DNA of 64,000 bases, from the NCBI GenBank assembly GCA_050873645.1, contig JBNMJE010000001.1:4255-68254 (forward strand), read 5' to 3'. The notes beneath the pieces were generated by a model. That model saw only the letters and a program-made list of their open reading frames with translations, did no database searches and was not told the DNA's origin. The translations under genes and the position numbers were made by a program. Shown here piece by piece: positions 20,743 through 30,010 of the stretch. How positions within the stretch are numbered: the stretch's first letter is position 1; every line of letters begins with the position of its first letter. Origin of the DNA: Succinivibrio sp. (lineage in GTDB: Bacteria; Pseudomonadota; Gammaproteobacteria; Enterobacterales; Succinivibrionaceae).

Positions 20743-20770
20743 AAAAATGGAGACCTAAGTCTCCATTTTT
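20743..20770. terminator. Terminator after degQ
   Basis: aaaaatggagac-ctaa-gtctccattttt perfect stem with A and T flanks. Confidence 0.8.
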
Positions 20771-20841
20771 AGATACAGGAAATATTAACCTTTGTAACAG
20801 CAGTTAAGCTTCACTTGCTAATATTCACCACTAAATATTCA

Positions 20842-22239
20842 CTATCTGATTGTGATAAATAAGGTACCACCGTTACGGTTAATTCTGATTGCTGAAATCT
20901 TGCCCTTAACATTCTCAAGATTTTTCTTCAAATCAGAGATGGTCTTAATTTCAGCACGGTTTACAGCAGTGATAACGTCACCTTTACGTAAACCAAAACG
21001 CTGAGCAACGGAGCCTTTTGCTACATCAGTTACCTCTACACCGCCATCTTTAGCGTTTGCAAATGAAGCGCCTTCAAAAGCAGGAGAAATACTCTTTGAG
21101 TTTGTAGCAGCTACTTCAGTAGCTTCAGTGTTCTTACCAATCTTTACGGTAAAGTCTTTGTATGAACCATCACGGAAGACAGTGATATTAACCTCAGAGC
21201 CTTCACGCATTGTGGCAATTTCAGCTCTTAACTGAGCAAATGAGGTTACCTTCTTACCGTTTACAGCAGTGATGATATCACCTGACTTGATACCAGCCTT
21301 GTCAGCGCCAGATCCTTTCATTACTTCATTTACAAAAGCACCTGAACTCTGGTCATAACCAAAGCTTTGAGCTAAATCAGCATTTAATTCTGTACCTGAA
21401 ACACCTAACAGACCACGCTTTACTTCACCGAATTTTAATAACTGCTCAGTTACGGTCTTAACCATGTTAGCAGGGATTGCAAAGCCGATACCGATGTTGC
21501 CACCTGATGGAGCCATAATAGCGGTGTTAATACCGATTAACTGACCTTTTAAGTTAATTAAAGCACCACCTGAGTTACCTGAGTTAATAGCAGCATCAGT
21601 CTGAATGAAGTTTTCGATGTTCTCAATATTAAGACCGGTTCTGCCTAAAGCCGAAACGATACCTGAGGTTACAGTCTGACCTAAGCCGTATGGGTTACCG
21701 ATTGCTACAGCAAAGTCACCAACTTCAAGGCTGTCAGAATCAGCTAAATCGATCTGAGTTAAATTCTTAAACTCTTTTAACTTTAATAAAGCCAAATCAG
21801 TGTGAGCATCTTTACCAACTAACTTTGCGTCATACTCACGACCATCTGATAACTGAACCTTGATCTCATCTGCTGAATCGATAACGTGGTTATTAGTTAC
21901 TACAAGACCTTGTGCTGCATCGATGATTACACCAGAGCCTAAAGCACGGAATTCCTGTTGGCGAGGTTGTGTTGGTCCAAATGAGTCGTCCATACCTGGG
22001 AACATAAATCTAAACTCATCTGGTAATGAGAAGCCCTGAACGTCTTTTTTACCCTTTACAGAGATATTAACTACACCTGGTAGTACCTTCTTTAACATTG
22101 GAGCTAGAGAAGGCATATCTCCTTTAGCCATTAAATCATTGATAATAGGGGCTGCAGCCTGAGCCTGACCTGCTGTAAGCACTGTCATTGATAAAGCCAT
22201 TGCAGCTGCTAATGATGCGTTCTTAATCTTGTTTAACAT
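20842..22239 (-). CDS. degQ: Periplasmic HtrA protease with two PDZ domains (DegQ/DegP family)
   Basis: Signal peptide, TNNHVI / TDLALL / GNSGGAL triad, two PDZ domains; zapG-degQ-degS synteny. Confidence 0.85.
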   Translation of the reverse strand: MLNKIKNASLAAAMALSMTVLTAGQAQAAAPIINDLMAKGDMPSLAPMLKKVLPGVVNISVKGKKDVQGFSLPDEFRFMFPGMDDSFGPTQPRQQEFRALGSGVIIDAAQGLVVTNNHVIDSADEIKVQLSDGREYDAKLVGKDAHTDLALLKLKEFKNLTQIDLADSDSLEVGDFAVAIGNPYGLGQTVTSGIVSALGRTGLNIENIENFIQTDAAINSGNSGGALINLKGQLIGINTAIMAPSGGNIGIGFAIPANMVKTVTEQLLKFGEVKRGLLGVSGTELNADLAQSFGYDQSSGAFVNEVMKGSGADKAGIKSGDIITAVNGKKVTSFAQLRAEIATMREGSEVNITVFRDGSYKDFTVKIGKNTEATEVAATNSKSISPAFEGASFANAKDGGVEVTDVAKGSVAQRFGLRKGDVITAVNRAEIKTISDLKKNLENVKGKISAIRINRNGGTLFITIR

Positions 22240-22374
22240 CTTTGTTTGTTACTCCTAAATAAAAGTATCAATTTCTTTTAAATCGTTTTTAGTATCTTTT
22301 CTAAACTTAGAATCTAATAAACTCTGACCCTAATAAAACTTAGAACCTAAAGCTAAGAACCTAAAGATAGTTAT

Positions 22375-22902
22375 TTAAACTTTTAACTTCTCTTCTTCAG
22401 CAACTTCTTCTTTTGACTCACTCTCTGTCTCAGAAGGTTTTTCAATATTCTTTTTTACCTTCACAGGATCTGCAAACTCGGTTTGGATCTCGTTAGGTCT
22501 TAATACCTTAGGTGTTGGAATCTCACCTAAGGTACCAGTTACTTCCTTAGTTGTTTCTGACTGTTGTCTTTTTGACTCGCGTCTTGGGGTAATACCTTCG
22601 TATATACCCTGATTTAAAAATTCGTGACTGTCAGCTTCTTCAGGTGCAATCTTTTGGGCAGCTTCTTTTAAAAACTGCACATACTGCTGATGGGCAGAAT
22701 CAATCTCAGAGAACATATCTAAAGAGGTCTTAAAGAACCTGTCTAGAGTACGTTGAGCACGGATAGCAGCTCTTTTGGTTTTTAACAGTTCATCTCTAAC
22801 TCTTTTGTGTTTGTAAATCTGTGCCATCACTAAAAAGCAAGCAACAGCACCGACAATAAAACCTGCAAAAAAGATTGCTGCTAGGAGCGCGTAATTATTC
22901 AT
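22375..22902 (-). CDS. zapG: ZapG/YhcB (DUF1043)-like inner-membrane protein with an acidic C-terminal tail
   Basis: N-terminal TM (FAGFIVGAVA) then coiled coil (LDRFFKTSLDMFSEIDSAHQQYVQFL); position upstream of degQ. Start reassigned to ATG 22902. Confidence 0.65.
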   Translation of the reverse strand: MNNYALLAAIFFAGFIVGAVACFLVMAQIYKHKRVRDELLKTKRAAIRAQRTLDRFFKTSLDMFSEIDSAHQQYVQFLKEAAQKIAPEEADSHEFLNQGIYEGITPRRESKRQQSETTKEVTGTLGEIPTPKVLRPNEIQTEFADPVKVKKNIEKPSETESESKEEVAEEEKLKV

Positions 22903-23459
22903 ATCCCACCTTAAACTTTGCACAGCTGCTCTGCTACTGCGCACTATTGAGAATAAATTTATTTTCTTAGTTAATACTTAGTTTTTATTTGTAAGTTTCA
23001 ATAAAAACGGTACTCATTGAAATATCAAATAAATTATCCTCGAAAATGGCCAATAAAACTGCCACAACTGTTTAATTATTTGAGGTCTGACATTACTTTT
23101 TTCAAGTTTTTTCATGAAAGGTGATAATTATTGTTGAAAATTCTCATTAACCTTAAGCTAGGTAAGTGAAAATTGGATAATAAAGAAGGTCATTTAAAAC
23201 TCTTAATTTGAGTTTTAAGACTTTAGATGCCCATGACAACTAACCTATTTTCATCTTATATTCGTTAAAAGTGACAATAACAAAAGTATGAAAATTTCTC
23301 TTTAAAGATCTGCATCAAAAGACGAATGACAGTAGTCTTTGAACTACTGAAATTATCAGGTGATAAAACAAATCATATTTTGGTATTTAAAGATCAAGTA
23401 ATTATTCTTATTTTGAATTATTATGGATATAAAAGATAAATATTAAAGGAGCATCCAAA

Positions 23460-23744
23460 ATGTGCACTTTGATGGAAAAAGACGTTATACTTGATGCAAT
23501 TTCATGGACAACTGCTTTTATTGCTTATAGAACTCCACCACATAGAAACACTGATGATCTAAAAGAATGTTCTCATTTAAGGTACAAAATCCTTTCTTCA
23601 GATCCTGAAGAAATCGATAAACCAAAAGTTATGGAAAAATTGCGATCTCTCAGAAAGAAATACGAAGGTCTTCCTGTATTTTCATGCTATTTGGGAGATT
23701 ATGCAGAAGAATACAAGAAAATTACTGGAAACGAAGTGATTTGA
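23460..23744 (+). CDS. Hypothetical protein, 94 aa, tandem copy 1
   Basis: RBS AAGGAG; 74 of 94 residues identical to the next ORF; no family recognised. Confidence 0.75.
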   Translation: MCTLMEKDVILDAISWTTAFIAYRTPPHRNTDDLKECSHLRYKILSSDPEEIDKPKVMEKLRSLRKKYEGLPVFSCYLGDYAEEYKKITGNEVI

Positions 23745-23872
23745 AAAAAGAGTGTACGCAAAATAAGGTCTTTATATGCTGATTAAAATGGTTTAGCAAT
23801 TGAAATTTGCAGGTAAAAAAACAAATCACAATTTGCTTTCAAAGCTTATGTAAATATTAAAGGAGCTTCAAA

Positions 23873-24157
23873 ATGTGTACTTTAGTGGAAAAAGAGGTTC
23901 TACTTGATACAATTTCAGGATTTACAGCTTTTATTGCTTATAGAACTCCACCATATACAGATACAGTTGATCTCGAAGAATGTTCTCTGTTAAGGGATAA
24001 ATTACTTTCTTCAGATCCTGAAGAAATCAATAAACAGGAAGTTTTGGAAAAAATACGATCTCTCAAAAAGAAATACGAAGGTCTTCCTGTATTTTCATGC
24101 TATTTGGGAGATTATGCAGAAGAATACAAGAAAATTACTGGAAACGAAGTGATTTGA
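23873..24157 (+). CDS. Hypothetical protein, 94 aa, tandem copy 2
   Basis: RBS AAGGAG; paralog of 23460-23744. Confidence 0.75.
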   Translation: MCTLVEKEVLLDTISGFTAFIAYRTPPYTDTVDLEECSLLRDKLLSSDPEEINKQEVLEKIRSLKKKYEGLPVFSCYLGDYAEEYKKITGNEVI

Positions 24158-24187
24158 AAAAAAGTGAACGCAATATAAGGTCTTTAT

Positions 24188-25333
24188 ATGCTGATTAAAA
24201 ATGGCTTAGTTTTTACAAAACAGGGCTTTGAAAACAAAGATATTAAAATTGAAGCTAAAAGTATCAAAAGCCTTAGTGATAAAAGTACTGATAATAGTGA
24301 TGCTTTAGTTATCAACGCTGATGACTGCTACGTGCTCCCTGGCTTTATCGATCTGCATTTTCATGGAGCAGCAAAAGTCGACTTTATGGATGGCACTCTA
24401 GAGAGTGTTAAGACTTTAGCTTCATATGAAGCTTCAAACGGTGTAACTTCAATAGCGCCTGCTACTATGACCATGCCAGTTGATGCTATTAAACAGAGTA
24501 TCAATTCAGCCTTAGAATTTAAGCGTCAACTCAAAGATAACGAAGCATCTCTTGAAGGCATCTACATGGAAGGACCTTTTGTAAGTCCTAAAAAGTTAGG
24601 AGCGCAAAATCCTGAATATGTACTAAAGCCAAATGCTAAAGATTTAGATTCACTTTATGAAGTTTCAGAGGGCTTAATTAAAAAAGTTGTTATTGCACCT
24701 GAAGAGAATGGAGCTTTAGAGCTTATAAAAGCTTTTCATAATAAAGTCTCTTTCTCTATAGGTCACACGGTAACAGACTATGAAACAGCAACTGCTGCCA
24801 TGAAAGCGGGTGCTAATGAGCTTACACATACCTTTAATGCCATGCCGCCATTAAATCATCGTGCACCAGGCCCTATTGGTGCTGCTTTTGAAAATAAGCA
24901 TGTATTTTGTGAGCTGATTACCGATGGCGTACATGTAGATAAGACCATGGTCAACATCCTGTTCTCTTTAATGGGGGACGACCGAATTGTTATGATTTCA
25001 GATTCTATGATGGCTACAGGATTAGATGATGGTGAGTACTCATTAGGAGGACAGAAGGTCTTTGTAAAGGGGAATAAAGCTACCTTAAAAGATGGCACTA
25101 TCGCAGGTTCAGTAACTAACCTTTACAGTTGCTTTGTAAATGCAGTTCAAAATATGAACGTAAGTCTTGAGAGTGCAATCAAAGCTTGTACCATAAATCC
25201 TGCTCGTGCTTTAAAGATTGATGATAGGGTAGGTGAAATCAGTGAAGGTAAGAGAGCAGATCTTTTAGTTGTCGATAAAAATCTAAAAATAAAAGAGATT
25301 ATTCTTCGAGGAGAGATCTTAAAAAGAGCCTAA
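24188..25333 (+). CDS. nagA: N-acetylglucosamine-6-phosphate deacetylase
   Basis: PGFIDLHFHG, YMEGPF, GHT, THTFNAM, ITDGVHV, LISD-like MISDSM, GTIAGS, NPARAL. Confidence 0.92.
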   Translation: MLIKNGLVFTKQGFENKDIKIEAKSIKSLSDKSTDNSDALVINADDCYVLPGFIDLHFHGAAKVDFMDGTLESVKTLASYEASNGVTSIAPATMTMPVDAIKQSINSALEFKRQLKDNEASLEGIYMEGPFVSPKKLGAQNPEYVLKPNAKDLDSLYEVSEGLIKKVVIAPEENGALELIKAFHNKVSFSIGHTVTDYETATAAMKAGANELTHTFNAMPPLNHRAPGPIGAAFENKHVFCELITDGVHVDKTMVNILFSLMGDDRIVMISDSMMATGLDDGEYSLGGQKVFVKGNKATLKDGTIAGSVTNLYSCFVNAVQNMNVSLESAIKACTINPARALKIDDRVGEISEGKRADLLVVDKNLKIKEIILRGEILKRA

Positions 25334-25569
25334 TTCAAACAGTTATTCAGGAAATTAATTTCACGATTTTAATGCGTGAAATTAATAAAAATATTGTTTG
25401 ATAAAAGTCGCTATTTTGTTTAAAATACACCATTGCCCCTCTAATCGAGGAACCGGTTTCCCACCCGAGTTGCTTGATGCAGATTGAGTAATCAGTCTGT
25501 TTGGAAAGAGAGCAGATATTTTTATCTGTATGTTTTAAAGGAAATTTTCCTTCAAAAAAGGGTTTTTTA

Positions 25570-25998
25570 ATGAAAACTTATGTTGCAACACCATCAACAA
25601 TTAAGCGTGATTGGTTAGTTATTGATGCTGAGGGTCAGACTTTAGGTCGCCTAGCTACTGAAATTGCTTTACGTTTACGCGGTAAGCACAAGCCAGAGTA
25701 CACTCCATTCTTAGATACCGGTGATTATGTTATCGTAATCAACGCATCAAAGGTTAAGGTAACTGGTAACAAGGCTCACGACAAGATGTATTATCACCAC
25801 ACTGGTTTCCCAGGTGGAATCAAGTCAGAGTCTTTCGAGAAGTTATTAGCACGTAAGCCAGAGGATGTTATCGAGACTGCTGTTCGCGGTATGCTTCCAA
25901 AGGGACCATTAGGTCGTGCTATGTTCCGTAAGCTAAAGGTATATGCTGGTGAGTCACATAATCATGCTGCTCAACAGCCTCAGGTTATCAAGTTTTAA
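25570..25998 (+). CDS. rplM: 50S ribosomal protein L13
   Basis: MKTYVATP...[22 protein letters not shown]...[10 protein letters not shown]. Start reassigned to ATG 25570. Confidence 0.98.
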   Translation: MKTYVATPSTIKRDWLVIDAEGQTLGRLATEIALRLRGKHKPEYTPFLDTGDYVIVINASKVKVTGNKAHDKMYYHHTGFPGGIKSESFEKLLARKPEDVIETAVRGMLPKGPLGRAMFRKLKVYAGESHNHAAQQPQVIKF

Positions 25999-26011
25999 GG
26001 AGCATTAGCAA

Positions 26012-26404
26012 ATGGCTGCAAATCAGTATTATGGTACCGGTCGTCGTAAGGACTCAACTGCACGTGTATTCTTAAAGCAGGGTACTGGTAAATTAGAGAT
26101 CAATGGTAAGACTCTTGATCAGTATTTTGGTCGTCCAACTTCTCGTATGGTTGTAGCTCAGCCATTAGAGTTATTAGAAGTTGCTGACAAGTTTGATCTG
26201 TACATCACTGTTAACGGTGGTGGTATCACTGGTCAGGCTGGTGCTATCCGTTTAGGCATCACCAGAGCTTTAATTCAGTATGACGAGTCATTCCGTTCAG
26301 CTTTACGTAAGGCTGGCTTCGTAACTCGTGATGCTCGTGCTGTAGAGCGTAAGAAGGTTGGTCTTCACAAAGCTCGTAAACGTCCACAGTACTCAAAGCG
26401 TTAA
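26012..26404 (+). CDS. rpsI: 30S ribosomal protein S9
   Basis: [21 protein letters not shown]-terminal PQYSKR. Confidence 0.98.
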   Translation: MAANQYYGTGRRKDSTARVFLKQGTGKLEINGKTLDQYFGRPTSRMVVAQPLELLEVADKFDLYITVNGGGITGQAGAIRLGITRALIQYDESFRSALRKAGFVTRDARAVERKKVGLHKARKRPQYSKR

Positions 26405-26431
26405 TATCAAAACAATTTTCATTGTTTTGTC

Positions 26432-26463
26432 AAAAGCCTCTGCCTCACCGCAGAGGTTTTTTT
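26432..26463 (+). terminator. Intrinsic terminator after rpsI
   Basis: gcctctgc / gcagaggt stem followed by a T run. Confidence 0.8.
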
Positions 26464-26504
26464 ATGCATTTTTTATGTATAATATCCTTCAGAGGATATC
26501 TGTT

Positions 26505-27065
26505 ATGGAAAGATTAAAAAGCTTAAAACCTTATCTATTCACCGCTTATTATGATTGGCTAATCGATAATAAGATCACTCCACATCTTTTAGTTGATGCT
26601 AAGATGCCTAGTGTTAGGGTTCCTGTTGAATATGTAAAGGATGGTCGCATTATCTTAAGTCTTTTACCTTCAGCCATTGCAGATTATGAATGCACACCTA
26701 AAGGTATTTCTTTTAAAGCTCGCTTTAAGGGCAAGAGTGAAGATATCTTTATTCCTTTCCATGCTATGGAGCAGTTAATTGCTTTAGAGTCAGGATCTGC
26801 TCTACCTATTGGTACTGCACTAGAGCAGTTGGATTTAGCACCAGACGATGAAGTTTATCCAGATGAAGCTTCAGAAACTCCAATGTTCAAATTAGATGAT
26901 GATGAAGATGGAGCAGATGATGAGGAAGTTTCATCAGAAGATTTAGCAGAAGATGACAAAATTCCTGCTGATATCAAAACATCAGAAGCAACTAAGATTG
27001 AAGCTACAACTCCTGCAAAAGAAGAAAACAAACCAGCTTTCTCTTTTGTAAAGGACGATGAATAA
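26505..27065 (+). CDS. sspB: ClpXP adaptor SspB
   Basis: KPYLFTAYYDWLIDNKITPHLLVDA, VPVEYVKDGRIILSL, FKARFKG, acidic tail. Start reassigned to ATG 26505. Confidence 0.85.
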   Translation: MERLKSLKPYLFTAYYDWLIDNKITPHLLVDAKMPSVRVPVEYVKDGRIILSLLPSAIADYECTPKGISFKARFKGKSEDIFIPFHAMEQLIALESGSALPIGTALEQLDLAPDDEVYPDEASETPMFKLDDDEDGADDEEVSSEDLAEDDKIPADIKTSEATKIEATTPAKEENKPAFSFVKDDE

Positions 27066-27150
27066 GCACATCTCTAAATTTCAATTCAAATCATAAGATG
27101 TCTACGAGTTTTTAGACAACTTTTCAAAGTTAGCATTTTCAAAAGACATT

Positions 27151-27180
27151 AAAAAAGGCGGTTATAAAACCGCCTTTTCA
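27151..27180. terminator. Bidirectional terminator between sspB and lpoA
   Basis: aaaaggcggtt / aaccgcctttt stem. Confidence 0.8.
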
Positions 27181-27199
27181 GAAGATTATTGATTTAAGC

Positions 27200-29029
27200 T
27201 TATCTAATCTTGCCTAAGTCAACCCACATTGGAGTTGATTCAATTAGACCATTCTGGCCTAAAGAGATATCGCCTGAAAGACCGTGTAAAACGTCATCCT
27301 TGTTAGCAGCTAACTTCTCAATCTCAAGAGCGAAGTTTACGCTGTCGTAAGCTGCTGCAAATACTCTTTGAACCTGATTATTTGCCTTTGGTAAAGACTG
27401 CATGAATGAGTCCTTTAATGGACTATCGGTTAATAACCAAGTCATATCACCTAAGGTTGAACCTTTAAGTGCTAACTCTTGAGATGAGTTATTAACACCA
27501 ATGTAGCTCTTATCGGTTAGGTAAACATGAACTGTTGATGGAATAGCAGCTTTAATAGCTACAGCGTCAACAACTGATGCATTTACATAAGCACTGTCTG
27601 CCTCTGATAGAGGGCAATTTGACATTGAAGTTTTAATGGTTGCTGCATCAGAGTAATAGCAAACAGGTACGTTTGCATTTACCTTTGAGAAGGTAGTCTT
27701 AAAGCTGTGAACTGAACGCTGTGAAGCTGTATCACTGCTCTGAGCAATAACAACAGGTTTCTTGTAGCCATCAGCATAGATCTTTGAAGCTGCGATAGCA
27801 CCTTCGTAGTTAGGACCTAAATCGAAGTACCACTGATTAGCAGGCTTGCTACCTTCAGGCTGGTTTAAGACGATTGAAGGTACCTTAAGACCTGTTGCAT
27901 TTAAAGCATTAACTTCAGGCTTTAAGATAGGACCAATAACTAATTTGGTACCATCATTCTGAACTTTAGCTACGATCTCAGAAATGTTGTTCTTGTTGGT
28001 ATCGTAGAAAACAACTTTTGAGTTTGAATTTCTGTCTTTTAATGCAGCTAAGATACCTAACTTAGCAGGCTCGCCTACGATTGGAGCAAAACGACCTGAT
28101 AGAGGTAATAACACTGCAATTCTGTCACCATCAGAGAACTTGAATAGAGCGTTAGCTGGAACATTAGCAGGAGCTGCGTTCTCAGGAGTTGCATCATCTG
28201 AAGATGTTGCAGCGTCATTATCAACTACTGTATTGTCAGCAGTTTCTGCTGAAGCTGTATCCTGAGTATTGGTAGAAGCAATAAGCTCATTTACAGGGTG
28301 GTTAGGGTATTTCTTTGAGAAGTCAGCTAAAGCCTGCTGCTGTAACTCACTACTCTGTGAACGAGTGATGATAGCGTATTCAATAAAGCCTTTATCATAA
28401 TCAGACTGAGCTGATTTCATTGCCTGAGCTAAATCTTTATCGCTTAAAACCTTTAATAAATCATTGCTCTGATTGATTACAGTAGCTCTGTCAGTTTTCT
28501 TTTCAACAATCTTTAATAAAGTTGCTTTGTTCTTAAAAGCAGTTAACTCATACTGAGGATCTTTAGTCTGTCTGTAAAGTTTTGCATTTACATTTGAGTT
28601 TAAGATTAAGTAGTAAGACAGTGACTGCTTTGGAAGAGCCTGATAGTTAATCTGATTTAACAGTGCAGATGCTTCTTTTAACTGGTTCTGTTTAACTAAA
28701 AGCATAGCTTTAACTAAAGAAGCCTGATCTTTTTGAACATCAGTCTGAGCGTTTGCATATAGATCATTGATGTTAGAAGCTGCTTTATCTAAATCTCCTG
28801 AAACGATCTGAGAACGAGTCAGCAGAACTTGAGCTTTAAAGCTAGTGTCGCTTGATGCATCATCAAATGCCTGCTGGTATTCCTCTGTAGTCAGATTTAA
28901 TGGACCAAAAGCATTGGTTGATGCTATTTTCTGAGTAGCTTCACTTGAAGCACAAGCAGATAGAGTAATGGTTGCAGCTGCAAATAAACTGCATAAACAT
29001 AGATTTAATGTTGATCTTTTAGCTTTCAC
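27200..29029 (-). CDS. lpoA: Penicillin-binding protein activator LpoA (lipoprotein)
   Basis: Lipobox LSAC, TPR-like N-terminal region, RIAVLLPLSG, VIGPILKPEV, GLSGDISL; divergent from rsmI. Confidence 0.85.
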   Translation of the reverse strand: MKAKRSTLNLCLCSLFAAATITLSACASSEATQKIASTNAFGPLNLTTEEYQQAFDDASSDTSFKAQVLLTRSQIVSGDLDKAASNINDLYANAQTDVQKDQASLVKAMLLVKQNQLKEASALLNQINYQALPKQSLSYYLILNSNVNAKLYRQTKDPQYELTAFKNKATLLKIVEKKTDRATVINQSNDLLKVLSDKDLAQAMKSAQSDYDKGFIEYAIITRSQSSELQQQALADFSKKYPNHPVNELIASTNTQDTASAETADNTVVDNDAATSSDDATPENAAPANVPANALFKFSDGDRIAVLLPLSGRFAPIVGEPAKLGILAALKDRNSNSKVVFYDTNKNNISEIVAKVQNDGTKLVIGPILKPEVNALNATGLKVPSIVLNQPEGSKPANQWYFDLGPNYEGAIAASKIYADGYKKPVVIAQSSDTASQRSVHSFKTTFSKVNANVPVCYYSDAATIKTSMSNCPLSEADSAYVNASVVDAVAIKAAIPSTVHVYLTDKSYIGVNNSSQELALKGSTLGDMTWLLTDSPLKDSFMQSLPKANNQVQRVFAAAYDSVNFALEIEKLAANKDDVLHGLSGDISLGQNGLIESTPMWVDLGKIR

Positions 29030-29189
29030 GATAGTTTCCTGCTAAATCACAAATGAATTATTGGTTGGATATTTTACCATAATGTGAGATAGGTAACGTG
29101 TATTGAAACAAAAATCGCTCATAGTAAGAAGCTGAGAACTGTAAATTTTATTAGATACTATTTTTAATAGGTAGCTAAAAAGGTAAAAC

Positions 29190-29846
29190 ATGAGTATTCA
29201 GGACACAGAAAAACTCTACAAAGAGTGTCGTGATAAGTGCGACGAGTCATTTAGAATCAGAATTCACAGGGCAATCAGTTGGATTAAAAAGTCTGAAGCA
29301 CTTCCTGAAGATGACATCGATTTGAAGTTTATCTCTTTATGGATAGCCTTTAACTGTGCTTATGGCAAAGAGATCACAACTGATGGTTATTTAGGTGAGA
29401 AGGTTGGCTTTAGAGACTTTCTGACAGTAATTACCTCTCTTGATGAAGAAAAAAACTTAGACAAGATCTTATGGAATCGTTTTTCACAGAGTATCAAAGC
29501 GCTTTTAGAGAATAAGTACACTTTCCAACCTTACTGGAACTTTTACAATGGTGATGACAGGGCAGCAGATTGGGAGATGTCTTTTCAAAGTTACAATTCA
29601 CAGGCTTTAAAGTCTTTAATGACGCAAAATACCGTGAGGGTATTAAATATTGTCTTTGACAGACTCTATACCATCAGAAATCAGCTCTTCCACGGAGGTG
29701 CTACTTGTAACAGTAAAGCTAACCGTATGCAACTACATGATGGCTGTGCCATTTTATCTGAACTCATGCCATGCGTACTGGACATCATGTTAAAACATCA
29801 TGACAGAGATTGGGGACGGGCATTCTATCCTTATGTAAAGGATTGA
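29190..29846 (+). CDS. HEPN-domain protein (putative RNase)
   Basis: RIHRAISW, FISLWIAFNCAYG and LYTIRNQLFHGG containing an RxxxxH motif. Confidence 0.7.
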   Translation: MSIQDTEKLYKECRDKCDESFRIRIHRAISWIKKSEALPEDDIDLKFISLWIAFNCAYGKEITTDGYLGEKVGFRDFLTVITSLDEEKNLDKILWNRFSQSIKALLENKYTFQPYWNFYNGDDRAADWEMSFQSYNSQALKSLMTQNTVRVLNIVFDRLYTIRNQLFHGGATCNSKANRMQLHDGCAILSELMPCVLDIMLKHHDRDWGRAFYPYVKD

Positions 29847-30010
29847 CAGAAAGCCTTACAGAAAGGCTTACAGTTTGATTATCTTAAATACACATGAAAG
29901 CAAAGCTGTCAGACTGTATAATGAGGCAATTGATTTTTAATAGAACCATTAAACAGAACCATTACATAGAACAAAAGAGTCTTTTTACTTACAAAGACAA
30001 AAGGTTAATC

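Larger units (their letters stand above)
23349..24210 (+). repeat. Tandem duplication of about 410-450 bp (upstream region, ORF and first ~20 nt of nagA)
   Basis: Homologous upstream sequence (gaaattatcagg.../gaaatttgcagg...), paralogous ORFs, and a repeated aaggtctttatatgctgattaaaa after each copy. Confidence 0.8.
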
